DNA of 63,908 bases, filler included, from Reticulomyxa filosa (Eukaryota > Protista > Foraminifera): assembly GCA_000512085.1 (NCBI GenBank). It is 26 parts of 26 records of this genome, joined end to end, with 100 filler letters (N's around TTAATTAATTAA, not from the genome) between each part and the next. Parts side by side here need not be neighbours in the genome. Positions count along the whole stretch, not along the records: positions 1 to 4,410 come from ASPP01004573.1; positions 4,511 to 7,430 come from ASPP01011432.1; positions 7,531 to 11,223 come from ASPP01002460.1; 23 more parts are not named here. The stretch is one strand, 5' to 3'. Below are positions 1 to 10,870 of this stretch, piece by piece. Position 1 is the first letter of the stretch; every line of letters begins with the position of its first letter. A program made the position numbers and the translations under genes. A model generated the notes under the pieces. That model had not been told where the DNA came from. It ran no database searches and saw only the letters and a program-made list of their open reading frames with translations.

Positions 1-159
1 AAAAAAAAAGGGAGTATTACGTATATCAAGAGATGTGAAGTGTAGAGTATTGATTGTGTATTATAGATGTTATTTAAAAAAATCTCTTGAAAAAAACAAA
101 AATAACATATTGTTAAAAAATTGTAAAGTGGAGTTAATAATAAACACGTAATCACCAAA

Positions 160-3100
160 TAGATCGTGCAACAGTCTGAAGCGAGTATTGATTAGATACG
201 TTGTTTGTGATCAATTGTTATGGCACAATGTGGAAACAAACAAGAAGCCAGCCACCAACACTATCTGCAGCTAGGCAAATTTATTTTCAATGTATCGCTG
301 TCCAATCAAGCGAATTCCACAAACCATATTGTTAAACTTCGCCTGATATTTTGTCCAATGCTACAATGTTAATTCTTTTACTTCCTTTTTTTTTTGTTTA
401 AAGACACGTAGACAAACAAAAAAAAATTAGATTGTGCGACTACGCGGCGCCGTTGCTAAATGGAAAATGGAAGGACAATGCATACTTGGAATAATTGTCC
501 AACCAGCTGCAATTGCTGGAACAAAATGTGACTGCAAGTCACTCGTTTACTTTCCATTGCACAAGCGTGCCTTTGGTGTGATAGAGGCGCTGTTAGCGCA
601 AATGAGAAAAGTGGGCTACAACGCAACCGACGAACAAGTTAGTCGTAGTGTCCATCCTCATTTATACAAACAAGCGCCATACTCACAAAGGCATGTTTCA
701 TATGGCACTTAGCCTCATATCAAGATATCGCACGCAATGGACAAGCTCGCATTGTAAAATTCTTTTGCTATATTCATTGCTCCAACTATTACAAACACTT
801 GCAGCCAATCATTCAAATTATCTGAGTCAAAAATGCTTTGAATCCTCCATCACATTGACAATCAATTGAACTAGTCGACGATATCATTTACAGTGACAAG
901 TTATTTTTGTTTTTTTTCTTTGTTCAATAATAAATATTGTTATTTGTGTATAGAAAATACTCGTATAGTTATGCGATGGCAAACAATGTCGATTAAATTG
1001 TTGGAGATGTAGAATCTCGAGGATGGATGAATAAATAACCACTATGTGGTTTGCAATGCGGGCGATGCGCTGCGATTACAATGCAAAGGTAATTCTTCAG
1101 TTTTTTCTTTATGTCAATTTATAACTATGTCTTGTGTGTCGATTTTTAATAGAACAATCCAATAGAATGAAAAAAAGAAAAAGGATATTGGTAGCAACCA
1201 CCCCCGTCTCCTCAAGGAGGAAAAATGGTTTGCTATATTTATTTATCTTTTTTAAAAATACATTTAAATGCTGTATGTTTTATGATATAGGTTCCCCATC
1301 CAGCCAAATGTACCATTACGTGCCCCTTCAACACACACAAAAAAAAGATGATCATGGGGTTGAAGTCTACCCCGTATACGGAAAAAAACAAAAAGGTTTG
1401 TATATGTTTTTTTTATATATGTACATAATAAAATGTGTGTTTGTTCTTGTTATGAAATAGGAATTCCCCCTCAAATGAAAAACATATATTTGTATAATGT
1501 ATTTATTTGTTTACACCCTCCCTGAAAAAAAAACAGATTGAAGCGTGTCAAAATAGGAAAAAGAAATTGAATATTTGGTCATGTTCGGTTTATCATCGTT
1601 ATGAAAATATTTTTTTGTTTGTTTTTTAAACATTTTAAAATATAACTTTGTTGTGTTTGCACATAGATATTCGGTGTAACAAAAAGGTTTATGTGTATGT
1701 TATTTCTTTAAAAAATAATTAAAAATAAAGTAGTATATGGGAGGAAAATGGGAAATTTAATTGTTAATGGGGGAAAAAAAAGAACATTAAGTATTAATAG
1801 GGGAGGAAAAAAGGACTAATAAAAAGAAAAAAAAATAAGAAATGAAAAAAAGATTGAATGGTAAATAAAAAAGTAATAAGAAAAAAGAAAAGAAAAAAAA
1901 AGAATATTTTGATTAGGAAAAAAAGAAAGAAAGAGAAAAAAAAAGAATAAAAGAAAGAAGAAAAAAGAATAAGAATTGAAAAAAATTATTATTTAAAATG
2001 TTAATTTTTAATTTTTTTTTATATTGTTGAAAAATTTTTCTATCACACGCGATGATAGCAACAGTTAAGTGTTTTTTTCTCTTTGTGTTTGTAACAAAAA
2101 TTTTAACATACTTATCACAAATAGAAATCCAATGGCAAAGCAAGACAGCGCAAGGATTACGACACAGCCATGAGACAAGAGCTAGAAAAGGACAATCTTA
2201 ATTTTGCAAACAATACAAACAAAGGATATTACACTCGATAAGCCATAATTAAAAGTGAAATGAAGGATTTGTGAAGATATCAAGTGAATTATTTGTAAAA
2301 ATTATGCAATGCAATGGATAATATGATATGCGTTCAATCACACTTCTATTCAATTGCTCCACTTTGCGCCAGCGTCACATCTGAAGTATAAGAAAAATAA
2401 ATGTGTATTTGTTATTTGCATACAGCTCCTGTGGACAAACATGTTATTGCATCCATTTTAATTTCAACAATACTTGTTAACAGCCTCTCGAACTCAATGA
2501 TCAATTGCAAACATCAACTCAAAAAATTCTTACAATTACAGCGACAGCAATCGCATCATTCAATTCAATTGAAAAAGATTCCAGCGATATTCGTTCGAAA
2601 ATTTGCGCTTCCAAGTCATTTCTGAAAGTGTTTTCAAATTGACTACCAATTGGACCATATTTGTCCAAAAAGCCAAGTTTTATCTATTTCGAACCTGATA
2701 CAATTCATCAGTCTCGAACAAGTCTTACAAGTATAGATACGCTTACCTTCAACTCAAAAAAATTCTATATTATCGATAGCTGCATTCTTGCGACATCCAA
2801 AACAATCCAAGACCAAATCATAAGTGCCCAAATATCGCATCAAAAGAAGAAAAAGACCAGTCGATTAAATAAAATGGAACAAGTAGTTACATCTCTCTTT
2901 CTTTAATAACATACAATTGGTGTGTTACTCCTGTATATGTGCATATAGATAGATTTGAAATAACAAAAAATATTATTCAGAAGAAATCGTTATAACTTAT
3001 GAATAATTTGCACAAAGTTGAGTCGGTATATCATACGTAGTCATGTTTTGGTTGTATTTGCACTGTCTATGATCAATATGTGCATATCCAATAAATAGCG

Positions 3101-4400
3101 CTACTCAAATAACACAACTGGCAGAAAAATAAATTGGAATCAGGCTCAGTAATCTTGTGATCGGCTCCACAAATGGTCAATTAAAATATGAGAAGAAATT
3201 TACAATTGAATTGTCAAATATTGAAATGTATACATTGTTACTAGCCACCACCGAGGATGACAGAAACGATATTGATCCAATCTATCGACAAAGTGTAGCA
3301 CAATTATGTCGTAATCAAACTCGATCTCGTTTGACATATTGTAATCACAATTCAAGAGCCGATTGCTTTGTGGTAATCCCAAGTCAACTAAGCAATTTAC
3401 AGTCCAAGAAGATAGCTTTGCCTGAGTTATGATAAATATTAACATGAGTGATAAAGAACAGAATGAATGTTCGAGCAAATGAATATTCCATGAACAATTT
3501 CTCTTGTGATATACAATACTGTTATTATTTGAACTCTCCAAGCACATAAAATGGTAAAGATCAATCATAGAAGGTCTATTTCAAGGTATATATTTTATTT
3601 TTATCGTGTCTTCAGTTGTTGTAATATGTAACAATGTGTATATAGACCTTTTCATTGTACAGTGATTTGTTTCAGGTTTGTAGTGGAAAAAAAAAGAAAG
3701 ATGAAACATATGGATTCAAGAAATATAACAAAGTGTCCATGAATTGTGCAAGATGAACTTATCAAAAGAAGCAAGTGTAAATAAAGAGAATCGGCACAAT
3801 CAATCTCTAAAAGGCGTTGACATGTGTCACCAAGACTATGAGTTGTTATGAATGATATTAATTGAAATAAAGTGAAGTGACAATGAACATTATGTGCTTA
3901 TGGTCGCACAACCACATCCAAATTAGCACACAACTTTCAATCAACTCATCATATGCATAATTAATCAAATGCCAGCTGTTATCATTCATATGTATTTGTG
4001 GTTATGTATGTGTGGCTCCCGATGGCGACGCACCAAAGACGCATGGAGGCATTTCCGATATATAGAATTGGTATGACCTTCGTGTTGATTTGGTGGAAGA
4101 TATCAAACTTTTGGTATATTGCAATTGGATGACAAAAGAACATTGGTATTGTCGTCAAGGGAGTATTGGAAAGAAATGATTGAATTGGGTGATTTCATTA
4201 TATTATTATTATACATTTGAAAGAAGATCGAGGTTAGGAAATATTGATTGTTTTGTCTTTCTTTCAAAGCAGTTTGAATTAAGTTGTTGTTTGTTGTCTT
4301 TGTGTTTATAACGACTAGGATGTGTTAAGCCCACTGGTGATGTAGATGATGGAGCCACAAATGAAAAAAAAGAAGTGGATGCACAGAAATGCAAAAGCAA
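160..4400 (+). pseudogene. Decayed multi-exon gene of unknown family
   Basis: Coding-like, more GC-rich blocks (434-900, 2425-2885, 3157-3432, 3900-4190) alternate with AT-rich intron-like blocks. Long frames carry scattered stops, e.g. 2441-2885 is one frame with two stops. A CDGKQCRLNCWRC Cys cluster lies at ~972-1011. Confidence 0.35.
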
Positions 4401-4410
4401 TAATTACTAT

Positions 4411-4510
4411 NNNNNNNNNNNNNNNNNNNNNNNNNNNNNNNNNNNNNNNNNNNNTTAATTAATTAANNNNNNNNNNNNNNNNNNNNNNNNNNNNNNNNNN
4501 NNNNNNNNNN
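4411..4510. other. Artificial contig-joining spacer (first of 25)
   Basis: N44-TTAATTAATTAA-N44 (stops in all six frames). Identical spacers start at 4411, 7431, 11224, 14926, 17952, 19882, 22376, 25007, 26758, 29687, 31408, 32508, 34121, 36286, 37454, 38824, 42244, 43430, 44750, 46685, 47834, 49403, 55189, 60503 and 62718. Adjacency across them is meaningless. Confidence 0.99.
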
Positions 4511-5182
4511 ATTTCAGAAAAAAGATAAAATTATTCGTTTGCCAAACAAAAAAAGAAAGGAATGGCAAAGTCCGTACAAAAAAGAACGCAAACTCAACCA
4601 AAAATAAAAGGCCTATTGAATCAAAACGAAAATCTCTTTGAAAATATCAAAAATATTTGCAACTCGAATATGATTAATTTATATAGACATCCATATATCG
4701 GATAGTGAATAGTGTGGAAGGTATTATTATGAATGTCGAATATTTGCTTTGTATTGGCTTTTTTTTTTGCTCCAATGTGGGTGATATGCGAAATAGTTTG
4801 ATGTTTAGATAACTGGGCACATATGCAATGCATCATCTTATAAATTGTAAATATTGTAAAAGATTGTCCTGTAATGATGTGAAATGAGACCATGTATCGA
4901 TTTGCAGTGTCTTTGTTGTTGTTTTTTTTTACTTAGGACTACCAGGACATATCTGTGTGCACGTATACATATGCATATGTGTAAATATTTTTATATTGGT
5001 ATATACATTTATTTTTATGTAAAACAAAAAAAATATGTACAAATGTATAAATATTAAATACATATTTATGTTTTTTGTTGTAAAGTAAAAAGATAATGAT
5101 ACCTTCGTCAAAACAAGATGTAAGCAATCATTAAATTAAATAGAACTAGAAGAATGTAGTCGTATTGCACCAAAAAAAAACA

Positions 5183-5490
5183 GAATCAAATTGAATGAAC
5201 CACGACGAATCAAATTGAACCAAAATGTGATGACTTAAACTGAATTGAAACTAACTGAATCAAATCACATTGAAATGAACACAGGTGAACTGAATTGGAC
5301 TACATTGAATATAATTGAGGTGAAGTGAATTAGGTTGGATCGAGTTGTCATGCATTAAATTAGATTGAATTGGATTGCATTGAGGTGAAATGAATTAGAT
5401 TGAAGTGAGATAGATTGAACTGGATTGAATTATAATGAATTGAGATGGATTGAATTGATATGGAGAAGTCGAACATAATCGAAATCGATT
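5183..5490 (+). repeat. Degenerate pentanucleotide array, (TGAAT)n-type, ~60 units
   Basis: Strong period-5 pattern: tgaac tgaat tggac tacat tgaat ... tagat tgaat tggat tgcat tgagg tgaaa. Confidence 0.9.
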
Positions 5491-6123
5491 TATTATTTGT
5501 TTTTATTAAATTCTGGAGCCGTACTCGTAGTTAGAGTTAATTTATTTAGGCGATGACTGATGCATGGACAATTTTATACTATATCACATTTGTGGTTTCT
5601 TTCTTTCATTTGGGACATTGATTAACGGGCGAGCAAAGAACAGGAGCACCTTGCACAAAACACAAATATACGTAATATCATTATGTATATAATAACAACA
5701 TGATAAATATATCAACAAAGAAAAAAACTTAAATTTTATATTCACTTTGGCATGACTGTTTATATTGCTTTCTATTTTTGCGCTATCTTTTATATTGATC
5801 ATACAACACATACATACAACATACAAATTACGTTTGATTGGTTGTTATGCTTAAAACAGAAAAAATGAAAAAAGAAAATAGATTAATGCATATAGACTCA
5901 AATGGTTCAATCAGGTACTTATATCTTCTGCAAGATACTCCAATGTCCTTTACTCACACTTTTCAATGTCCCCTTATGTCTATTTTCTTATAATTGCCAC
6001 ATTATAAATATATATATACAAATCATTACTCATATTGTCCATTGCAATGCAGTCAGGTCAGCCTCTTATTAACTCAATACCACTTTCCGGCTCATTTTTA
6101 TTATTATTTTATATTATTTTTAT

Positions 6124-6430
6124 CGATATCAATTATATACAACTTATTCCAGCTCAACTCATTCCACTCAACGAAGTATACTTCAACACAGCCCAATCTA
6201 GCCCAATTCAATCTAATTCATATCAACTCTCCTAAACCCAACTCAACCAAACCCAACACAGTACACCTCGACACAAACTAACTCAATCCAACTAAACCAT
6301 ACTCAACACAGCCCAACACAATCCCACTATAATCATCTCAACATAACCCAACACAATCGAATCAACGCAATACAAATCACAACAATTCGATCTAACCTAA
6401 TCCGACTTGATTCATCACAACTTAATTAAA
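6124..6430 (-). repeat. Degenerate pentanucleotide array, (ATTCA/ACTCA)n on +, i.e. inverted relative to 5183-5490
   Basis: acaca gccca atcta gccca attca atcta attca ... accca actca; reverse complement of the TGAAT/TGAGT-type unit. Confidence 0.9.
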
Positions 6431-6569
6431 TTTTAATTAATACAAGCAGACACAATCCTGCTAATTAAATATAACATAATGCTTTCCACAAATATGTAAT
6501 TGTGTATTTGTTATATACTTTTTTTTTTTTTTTTAATTATTCATACTAAAAACATTGCATATAGATTAC

Positions 6570-7430
6570 ATTGAGATGTCGACATCTGGTTGCCGTTTAT
6601 CAATCGATCAATCAAGTCAAATATATTTGTCGACATTATCAATTCATCAAATCAATTGATTTCAATGTGATATCTTCCAATCCCAGCAGCAAGATCAGAA
6701 CTTTAAGAAAATACGGTGTGGGTCGTTTTGTTCGCGCATTAAGTCTCTGAACATCTTTTTTGAACGTTCTTTTGCCTTTTGTTCTGCAATTTTTTCTTTA
6801 CGCTCTTCGTCTTCCCACATTTCTTTTGGTGTTTTGTAGTTTTTCCCCATCGATCTCATTAATCTTTGGAAACTATTTGTTGGCTCCAGTTCCGATTGCT
6901 GATCTTGCTGCTGTGGCTGCCCTTGATGCTCTTCTACTTGGTCTGGTTGATGCTGCTCTGGCTGTTTATGTTCGTCTTCTTCTTGCTGTTGGTGCTCATC
7001 ATCGTCTTGCTGTTGGCTTTGTGGAACATTTGCTTCAGAGCGAAACTATTTATATATGTGTATATGCAATAGCCGACGAATATCAAGAAAAGTGCATATA
7101 CAACATTTTACAAATTGGCAATGAACATTACATTACAATGCATATTTATATAACTTGTTTCTTAATGCAGCTTATCATTCTTTCCCAATAGCTGCCCAAC
7201 GTACTCAATATTCCACCAACGCGCGTATGCAAGTCCGCGCAAACTTGTATGAACTATTTTTATTATCAATTATATTGAACCACATTGTTATCAATTAGGT
7301 ATGCAATATGTAAAACAAAAAAAGGAAAATTAACTCTTGAGCGTTTTGGGGCTGGTTCATAGTCTTGATTTTGACCATTGTCATTATTCATTTCTCGAAT
7401 GCCCCTTTTTGCAACAATTCGTCGTCGTCG
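6570..7430 (-). pseudogene. Multi-exon hypothetical protein with Q/E/H-rich low-complexity region, frameshifted near 6700
   Basis: Exons RRRRIVAKRGIREM...PKRSR | FIQVCADLHTRVGGILSTLGSYWERMISCIKKQ | FRSEANVPQSQQQDDDEHQQQEEDEHKQPEQ...KKMFRDLMREQNDPHRIF, separated by GT-AG introns. The frame is disrupted downstream. Confidence 0.5.
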
Positions 7431-7816
7431 NNNNNNNNNNNNNNNNNNNNNNNNNNNNNNNNNNNNNNNNNNNNTTAATTAATTAANNNNNNNNNNNNNN
7501 NNNNNNNNNNNNNNNNNNNNNNNNNNNNNNTAACCTTCCTTTTTACTTGAAATAGAATCATTCTCTGTAACTCATCAGGATACTAGTTTTGAAGCAGTGA
7601 AATGTTTTGTAGCTCGATTCTAACGTATTTTTTTTTGTTATTTGTGTTATTGAAAGCAAAAAATTGACATCGGATTTTTGTGAAGTTTGGTTGTTTTCTT
7701 TTGTTTTGTTGTTACCGTTTTTTTTATTGATCTGTTTGTTCTGAGTTAATAAAGAGTGTTTACGTCATAGTTCGTTTTGATTTTGATAAAGTTGTTGATT
7801 GATCAAACATTTTCTT

Positions 7817-7992
7817 GAATTGATTTTTTGGTTGTATTGTTCCATTTAAAAGTGAATTGAGTTTTGACATTGTGATCAATTTACATCCTTAGCGTGCTTA
7901 TTGAAAGTGATATTCAACTAAAATTTTTTAATGTGCATAATTTGTGGTGATATAATAGAACAAACAAAAAAGCTGAGACCAAACCAAATAAT
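7817..7992 (+). repeat. ~176-bp direct repeat, copy 1 (copy 2 at 9206-9381)
   Basis: gaattgattttttgg...catccttagcgtgcttattgaa...ctgagaccaaaccaaataat recurs with only a handful of differences at 9206-9381. Confidence 0.92.
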
Positions 7993-8032
7993 ATTAATTT
8001 TTGCCTTCAAAAAAAAGAGAACTGAATGTATA

Positions 8033-8109
8033 CTTTGTAGAGCAAGCCCCTACTGTAGACGGCTGAACTCTAAAGGGCCTGGGGAGTTCCCAGTAGGTTA
8101 AACTCCTTC
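8033..8109 (+). ncRNA. Candidate structured RNA/terminal motif of a repeat family (copy A)
   Basis: About 70% identical (55/78 by my manual alignment) to the reverse complement of 24239-24315. Invariant blocks: CTTTGTAG, GCAAG, CCCTA, CTGAAC, AAGGG, CCCAGTAGGTTAAACT. Several possible stems. Confidence 0.5.
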
Positions 8110-9205
8110 GCAACTCTTTTCACTTCCTTTGTTGCTTCCTTTCGTTTTTTTATTGTTAATTCTTCTCCTTTAACTCATTTTTGTTTTATTGGAAACTTCT
8201 CTCAAAAAAAAAGCGTTTGTCGTATTACACTTACAACTTCTGTACGTGAGCTTCCTACAACTTCAAAGAAAAAGAAAGTTTACAACTCTTCGTCGAAAAC
8301 GGCAGACATGTTCAAACGAACGATGCTCTTTCATAAGTTATGAATTGATGTTGTCCATTAAATATGTGTAGTAAACAATTAGTAGAATCACAATTTAGTC
8401 TAAAGTTGCATCAGCGTTTTTCTAGCAACATCGTGTAATGTTCTATTTTAGAACTACACGTTTTCAGGACCTGATGATCGGTACACACAATCACACGATC
8501 AGCACATGAGAATTTGAAATGTGTGCCATTTGCGTGGAAGGTGATGATGCAATGGACGCAATAGCTAGCTTGTCGTGGGAGCTGAAGGCACTCAAAGTGA
8601 TAGTAGTGAAATTGTCAGTCAAGTTTGAATGGACATTTTTCGGCAAATGACGTGATCTCAAAAAAAGTATGCTTCCACTTACTTACTGTCAGCAAATACC
8701 AAAGATGCGATTTTTGAACACTTTGGCGAGTGCACGCAATCGATATAATGTGATTGTTAACAAGTTGAAGCCTGCACTCAATAGATTATTCACGCTGGAT
8801 CTTCGCAACGAGCGTGGAGATGTCATTAAGACAGCATTGAGAAAAATATCATGTTGTTTGTCAGGTGTCGGCTTCGTTGATTGCAAACGAACTGATGCTT
8901 GTCTATTGTCACTTCTTTCAATCGTAACTTTAGCAAACATAATGATGGAAACACCAAGACCCATACTTTTGTCACTTAGTACGAAAGCGCCACTATGACT
9001 ACTTTTTCTGGCGACGTGACTTTGATCCAAATAAGGGTAGCACTCACACTAATAACGTACACTTCAAGTTCCAATAACAGTAAGACAATTTTTTGTAAAG
9101 CAAGTCCTTTGATAATGACAAAGACACATAGCAACATCCAGTCAAAAAAGAGTCGTCAGTCGATGTAAAGGTCGACACAAAAGGCAATCGCTTGCAAAAA
9201 AAAAA

Positions 9206-9381
9206 GAATTGATTTTTTGGCTGTATTGTTCCATTTAAAAGTGAATTGAGTTTTGACACTGTGATCAATTTACATCCTTAGCGTGCTTATTGAAGGCGAT
9301 ATTCAACTAAATTTTTTAATGTGCATAATTTGTAGTGATATAATAGAACAAACAAAAAAAACTGAGACCAAACCAAATAAT
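9206..9381 (+). repeat. ~176-bp direct repeat, copy 2
   Basis: Near-identical to 7817-7992. Confidence 0.92.
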
Positions 9382-10668
9382 TCAACACTAGCCGAAATTA
9401 TTTTTAGTACATATCACCAAAATGAAAGAAAATCACTTCTAATTTATTTTTCATTAGTATACAATCTGAAACAAGGGATGAACATTATAATAATCATGAT
9501 AATAGGCAAAATGATGGAAAAAGCATTACACAGACTTTATTTTTCAAAACAAAAAAAGTTCTTTAGTTGTTGTAAACTTATTTTCTAATAAAAGGATACA
9601 TTAGGATGTCCTTGCTACAATATTTTATACTTATTTATTCCTTTGAAGACAAAACTTACAAATTGACTCAACACTTAAATTGTCTCATTATTCAATTTCA
9701 ATCAAAAAAAACATCGTGAATAAATTATAATATGTCTTATTACAATGATAGAAAAATGTATTACATGCATGTTAAAAGTTCTGATGAGAAACAACCGCAA
9801 CACTGAACTGGAAGGTAAAAAGGGTGGAAGATTGATCTAATATTATTGGGTAGTATATATTTATTCAAAAAAAAAGGCTTTTTTCAAACTAAAATAAAAA
9901 AAAAAAGTTGATTTGAGTTTTGTTATGTCGATAAAGATAAATATCGAACTTGATGCTTCATGCCAAGCTTCCATCGACAACCATGCGAAGATAAAGAAGG
10001 ATGATGACCTTGTCCAACAAGCGGACATTGACCAAACTACAGAAACAAAACCTTTTTCTGTCAATATGACATTGTCATTAAATGAAAAAGGCGATACACA
10101 ATCAGTTAAGCTTTTTGATAACTTTAATAAAAAAAATACGAAAACAATAAACAGGAATACGATGAACATGGACAAGTCAATGAAACAAAAAATACGAAGA
10201 TAACGAATACAAACGATGAAACGTATACCATACTAAAGGGGGCAATGACACGAATACGAACACAAAAAAGGACGAAAATGCGTAACACGAGCACAAATAA
10301 GAAAAGGATCAATTCGAACGTAAAGACTAATGCAAGTACAAACAAGGAAGCATGTACAAGGTAAATGCAAAAAAAAAAACATAAACAAATATACTTATAT
10401 GGCTAACACTAATAATACCACTAATATCCAAACATCAACACAAACAATCAATAGCTTGAAAAAAAAGAAACGTAAATTAAAAGAAATAAATAATAATAAT
10501 GAATTCAACTTATTACAACCAGTGACAAAAGTGGATATTAATAATATTAACTTAAATCAAATTTCAAACATTTTGAACACTAATAAAAGAGTATGTATTT
10601 ATTTAAAAAAAATGTATGTTTGTTGTGCTGGCGGGGATGTTGTGCTAGCGTGAGTTGTTGTGCGGGAC

Positions 10669-10870
10669 TTGGAGTTTGTGCTAGCATTTAAGTTAGTTGT
10701 GGCTTTATGTCACTTCTACTTTTATGTTGTTTTCAGCACATACGTTGTTGTATTTGAATGGGATATTGTGCTGGCCTTGGAGTTTGTGCTGACATTTAAG
10801 TTAGTTGTGACTTTATGTCACTTCTAATTTTTATGTCGTTTTCAGCTCCTTAGGTCGTTTTCAGCACATA
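10669..10870 (+). repeat. Short tandem duplication (~107-bp period)
   Basis: cttggagtttgtgct..catttaagttagttgtg.ctttatgtcacttcta.ttttatgt.gttttcagc occurs at 10669 and 10776, plus a partial gtcgttttcagc third copy. Confidence 0.85.

Noticed and set aside
5183-5490. Pentamer arrays as telomeres or CRISPR
   Set aside because: They are internal, highly degenerate and have no unique spacers. No link to the TERT contig can be drawn because the contigs are unlinked.
9781-9795. CTGATGA-GAAAC resembling a hammerhead ribozyme core
   Set aside because: There is no stem II between the core segments and no convincing stems I or III.
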